64,000 bases of DNA from Macrostomum hystrix (lineage: Eukaryota; Animalia; Platyhelminthes): the NCBI GenBank assembly GCA_950097015.1, contig CATNEN010000001.1:12648001-12712000 (forward strand), given 5' to 3'. Numbering within the stretch: the stretch's first letter is position 1; every line of letters starts with the position of its first letter. Of the stretch, positions 61,064-64,000 are shown one piece after another. The position numbers and the translations under genes were made by a program. The notes beneath the pieces were generated by a model that was given only the letters and a program-made list of their open reading frames with translations, did not search any database and was not told the DNA's origin.

Positions 61064-63041
61064 ATGGATTCCACAGTTGCAATGCTCATCACAGGAGGAG
61101 TTATTCTTGTCATCGCCTTATGTTTCTACTGCTGTTTGAGACTGTAAGTATTGCTGATGTGTAATTTCATGCAAAATGCATGCTACTTTTGTGTCAGGCT
61201 ATTTGTGAAAGCTGCTAACAAACTATTTAGCATAGGCCTACCATCAGTTACAGTTGGCATACTAACTTTATTAAGACTCCAACAGGGTCAATGAGTGGAA
61301 AGAGAGTAGATACCAGGATGTTGCTCTTACTCTGACTCATTTCAGTGTAAAAATGTCAGGAATTCGCGAGCTCGGTTATTACAAGGTGAGTGATGAAAGT
61401 TGATGAAAGTCATTTTCTCACACCTATTTCATGCACTGAAATCAATGCACAGCCCATGTTTTCTAGGTGAAGTACAGACGATGCAAGAAGATCCTGAATG
61501 AGGTATGGTCGATGTTCGCACCTGCAACCCAGTGTTTCAGATTTAATCTGTCATTTCTGATAACCACCTGACCAATAAATGCATCATTCCAGACCTGCCC
61601 AATATGCCTAGAAGACTTTGCTATTAAAGAGCCTGTCACTGTGTCCCTCTGTCATCACGCCTTTCATGACAAGTTAGTGCTTCGATTTCATGTTTGTACT
61701 TTCAGTTTTGCTCAGTGATAGATATAAGCATTGAGGATTATTAAACTATACTAAAGCCTACTGAAAGTGGTTCTTGGAGTTAAGACTCTTAAATCTTAGT
61801 CAGACCGCAAAGCCGGTGTGGGCAGCTCTGGTCACAAAGGGCTTTGGTAGGGCCGTCTCACACCGTCTAATCGCACAGCCATTGTCTATGGTCTGTCTCC
61901 TCAGCAGCCGCACATGAGATTATGACTTGTTTTCCTAGCTTATTTCTGAGTGTCTCTGCGAGGACAAAATCGTAGTGGACAAAGTCAGGTCGACCTCTGT
62001 GTCATGCTGGGCGGTCCAAGGCCACTGCCGATACCGGTAAAAACTGCCACGAATAGCGAAGCGACGCGGTTGGCGGTCCAGAGGTCCAATGGCGTCCGGT
62101 CCGTAAGGTGGGCCGAGCAGACGAAAAGGTGCTGCACATTCTCTGGCGCCCGAAGGCACCGAGGACAGGTGTCGGGCACGGTGGGGTCAAGACGGCGCTG
62201 ATAGGAGGCCAGGTGTCAGGCACGGTAGGGTCAAGACCGTGCTGATAGGAGGCCAGGTGTCAGGCACGGTGGGGTCAAGACGGTGCTGATAGGAGGCCAG
62301 GTGTCAGGCACGGTGGGGTCAAGACGGTGCTGATAAGAGACCAGGTGTCAGGCACGGTGGGGTCAAGACGGTGCTGATAGGAGGCCAGGTGTCAGGCACG
62401 GTGGGGTCAAGACGGTGCTGATAGGAGGCCAGGTGTCAGGCACGGTGGGGTCAAGACGGTGCTGATAAGAGACCAGGTGTCAGGCACGGTGGGGTCAAGA
62501 CGGTGCTGATAGGAGGCCAGTTGTCAGGCACGGTGGGGTCAAGACGGTGCTGATAGGAGGCCAGGTGTCAGGCACGGTGGGGTCAAGACGGTGCTGATAG
62601 GAGGCCAGGTGTCACAGTGTCCCGAGCGAAGCTTACCAGAGGGTGACACGCATGCCCCGCTGGAGGCGGGATTCGGTCTGATGAATCGGCGGTGGCGGCT
62701 GGTCGATGACCGCGGCGTTGAAGCTAGTTGTGAACGCCGGCGGAGTGGACAGCGAGGACAAGAGGACGGACGGGCTCAGGGAGAGGAGACTGAGGCAGGG
62801 GCTGGTGAACTCTTAATGACCTATGATGTCATAATAGGCTTTGGTGGTACAGCCAGTGTGCCAGCTCTGGTCACAATGAACATTGCCGCGACTGTCTCAC
62901 GGCATTCAGTCAAGAGTGTCAATCGCGCATTTCAGCTGCCTCGAGCCCTGGCTGCGAGAGCACAACAAGTGCCCATTGTGCAAGTCGGACATTGGCAGCG
63001 CGAACGAGCGAACGCCCCTGACTTCGATGTCGTCTGCATGA
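61064..63041 (+). CDS. Small TM plus RING-H2 E3 ligase, RNF24/RNF122-like, 5 exons, ~113 aa (absent from the ORF track)
   Basis: Exons 61064-61143, 61346-61385, 61467-61502, 61593-61672 and 62936-63041 splice in frame to MDSTVAMLITGGVILVIALCFYCCLRLVKMSGIRELGYYKVKYRRCKKILNETCPICLEDFAIKEPVTVSLCHHAFHDNCLEPWLREHNKCPLCKSDIGSANERTPLTSMSSA. This gives a complete C3H2C3 RING after one TM helix. Confidence 0.88.
61940..62810 (-). mobile_element. Decayed 3' end of a non-LTR retrotransposon (C-terminal CCHC region) in RING-gene intron 4
   Basis: Frameshifted translation PPPPIHQTESRLQRGMRVTL / KLRSGHC / HLASYQ.RLDPTVPDTCPRCLRAPENVQHLFVCSAHLT..TPLDLW fits the C-x2-C-x8-H-x3-C knuckle after LINE RT. Clade not determined; boundaries approximate. 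Confidence 0.8.
62166..62613. repeat. 44-bp minisatellite derived from LINE coding sequence, 10 copies plus 8 bp
   Basis: CAGGTGTC occurs at 62166 and 62606, a distance of 10 x 44. Confidence 0.96.
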
Positions 63042-63407
63042 CCTGTCATGAACCAATCAACCAATCAATCAATCAATCAAAAGACACTGCTCAACATTGC
63101 TCAGTCTCGGACATCAACGCAAACTTTGTCAGTTGCTTTGAAAGACACCCGGCAAAGACAGATTTTTTGCTCAGTGATTGAACACTGCATTTTTGTACAC
63201 ACACACGGTGCCATTTCAAACTTGCTAGATAAATTTTACCATGAAGTATATTTTGATTCTTGTTTTTAAACAATTTCTGACCTTGTGACCACGTTCACAT
63301 CGTTTATTGGCTAATAGCTGCCTGAAAATTACTCTAAAATTTGAGCAAACCGTTTCACATTCATTGAGTATTTTTTTCTTCAGTACATTTCACGACTGAT
63401 GCTTGCA

Positions 63408-63556
63408 TCATGAGTTCGAGTCTCATGAGTTTGAGTCTCATGAGTTTGAGTCTCATGAGTTTGAGTCTCATGAGTTTGAGTCTCATGAGTTTGAGTCTCA
63501 TGAGTTTGAGTCTCATGAGTTTGAGTCTCATGAGTTTGAGTCTCATGAGTTTGAGT
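63408..63556. repeat. 15-bp repeat GAGTTTGAGTCTCAT
   Basis: ~10 copies. Confidence 0.93.
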
Positions 63557-63760
63557 CCAGATCAGTTTAATAAACCAGTAATTCAGGATGGCCATGATTA
63601 GTGTCTTTAAACATTTTCCTCGCACCTTTTTACTGTTTTTTACTTCTGGAGTTTTTTTGAAACTCTTAAAATACTTTAAAGTTCCAAAAACTGACTTGAG
63701 AAACATGCTAGCCTGCTCGAAAGTTAACCAAAAGCAAGTATAAATTTTGGTCACAGCTCA

Positions 63761-64000
63761 CTGACCCACACTGCACTGATCCACACTGCTCTGACCCACA
63801 CTGCACTGACCCACACTGCACTGACCCACACTGCACTGACCCACACTGCACTGACCCACACTGCACTGACCCACACTGCACTGACCCACACTGCACTGAC
63901 CCACACTGCACTGACCCACACTGCACTGACCCACACTGTACTGACCCACACTGCACTGACCCACACTGCACTGACCCACACTGTACTGACCCACACTGCA
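63761..64000. repeat. 15-bp repeat CTGACCCACACTGCA, running off the window
   Basis: 16 copies. Confidence 0.95.

Noticed and set aside
61811-62876. Repeated AGCC.GTGTG..CAGCTCTGGTCACAA as the TSD of the LINE fragment
   Set aside because: The copies are imperfect and sit ~40-100 bp from the apparent element ends; origin unresolved.
62591-63181. 196-aa plus-strand ORF
   Set aside because: It starts in the 44-bp repeat, runs antisense through LINE remains, and crosses the real RING exon in the wrong frame.

Overview
Eukaryotic animal DNA with spliceosomal introns. Gene style and repeat load suggest a free-living flatworm such as Macrostomum (inference, not proven). Six housekeeping genes lie head-to-tail on the minus strand, in transcription order SYS1, CEP83, POLA1, TBK1/IKK-epsilon, TRNT1 and TRAPPC2. 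A small TM plus RING-H2 gene (RNF24/RNF122-like) points the other way on the plus strand. I rebuilt exon models by hand; all have GT..AG ends and consistent phases. About half of the window (roughly 31 kb by summing approximate spans) is ~35 minisatellite arrays of 10-91 bp units, nearly all distinct. They fill most long introns and every spacer of the co-directional cluster, but are almost absent from the ~6 kb around the divergent SYS1/RNF junction. There are also two tRNA-derived SINE families, two hAT MITEs with perfect 8-bp TSDs, a one-ended CACTA-like element and a decayed LINE 3' end. Main leads: (1) the 20-bp unit filling POLA1 intron 1 matches a composite of that intron's own donor and acceptor junctions at 19/20; (2) a minisatellite whose origin is traceable to an 8-bp microhomology inside a LINE ORF; (3) a candidate trans-spliced polycistronic cluster whose transcribed DNA is where the arrays accumulate. 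Most long ORFs in the supplied track are artefacts of stop-free repeats.
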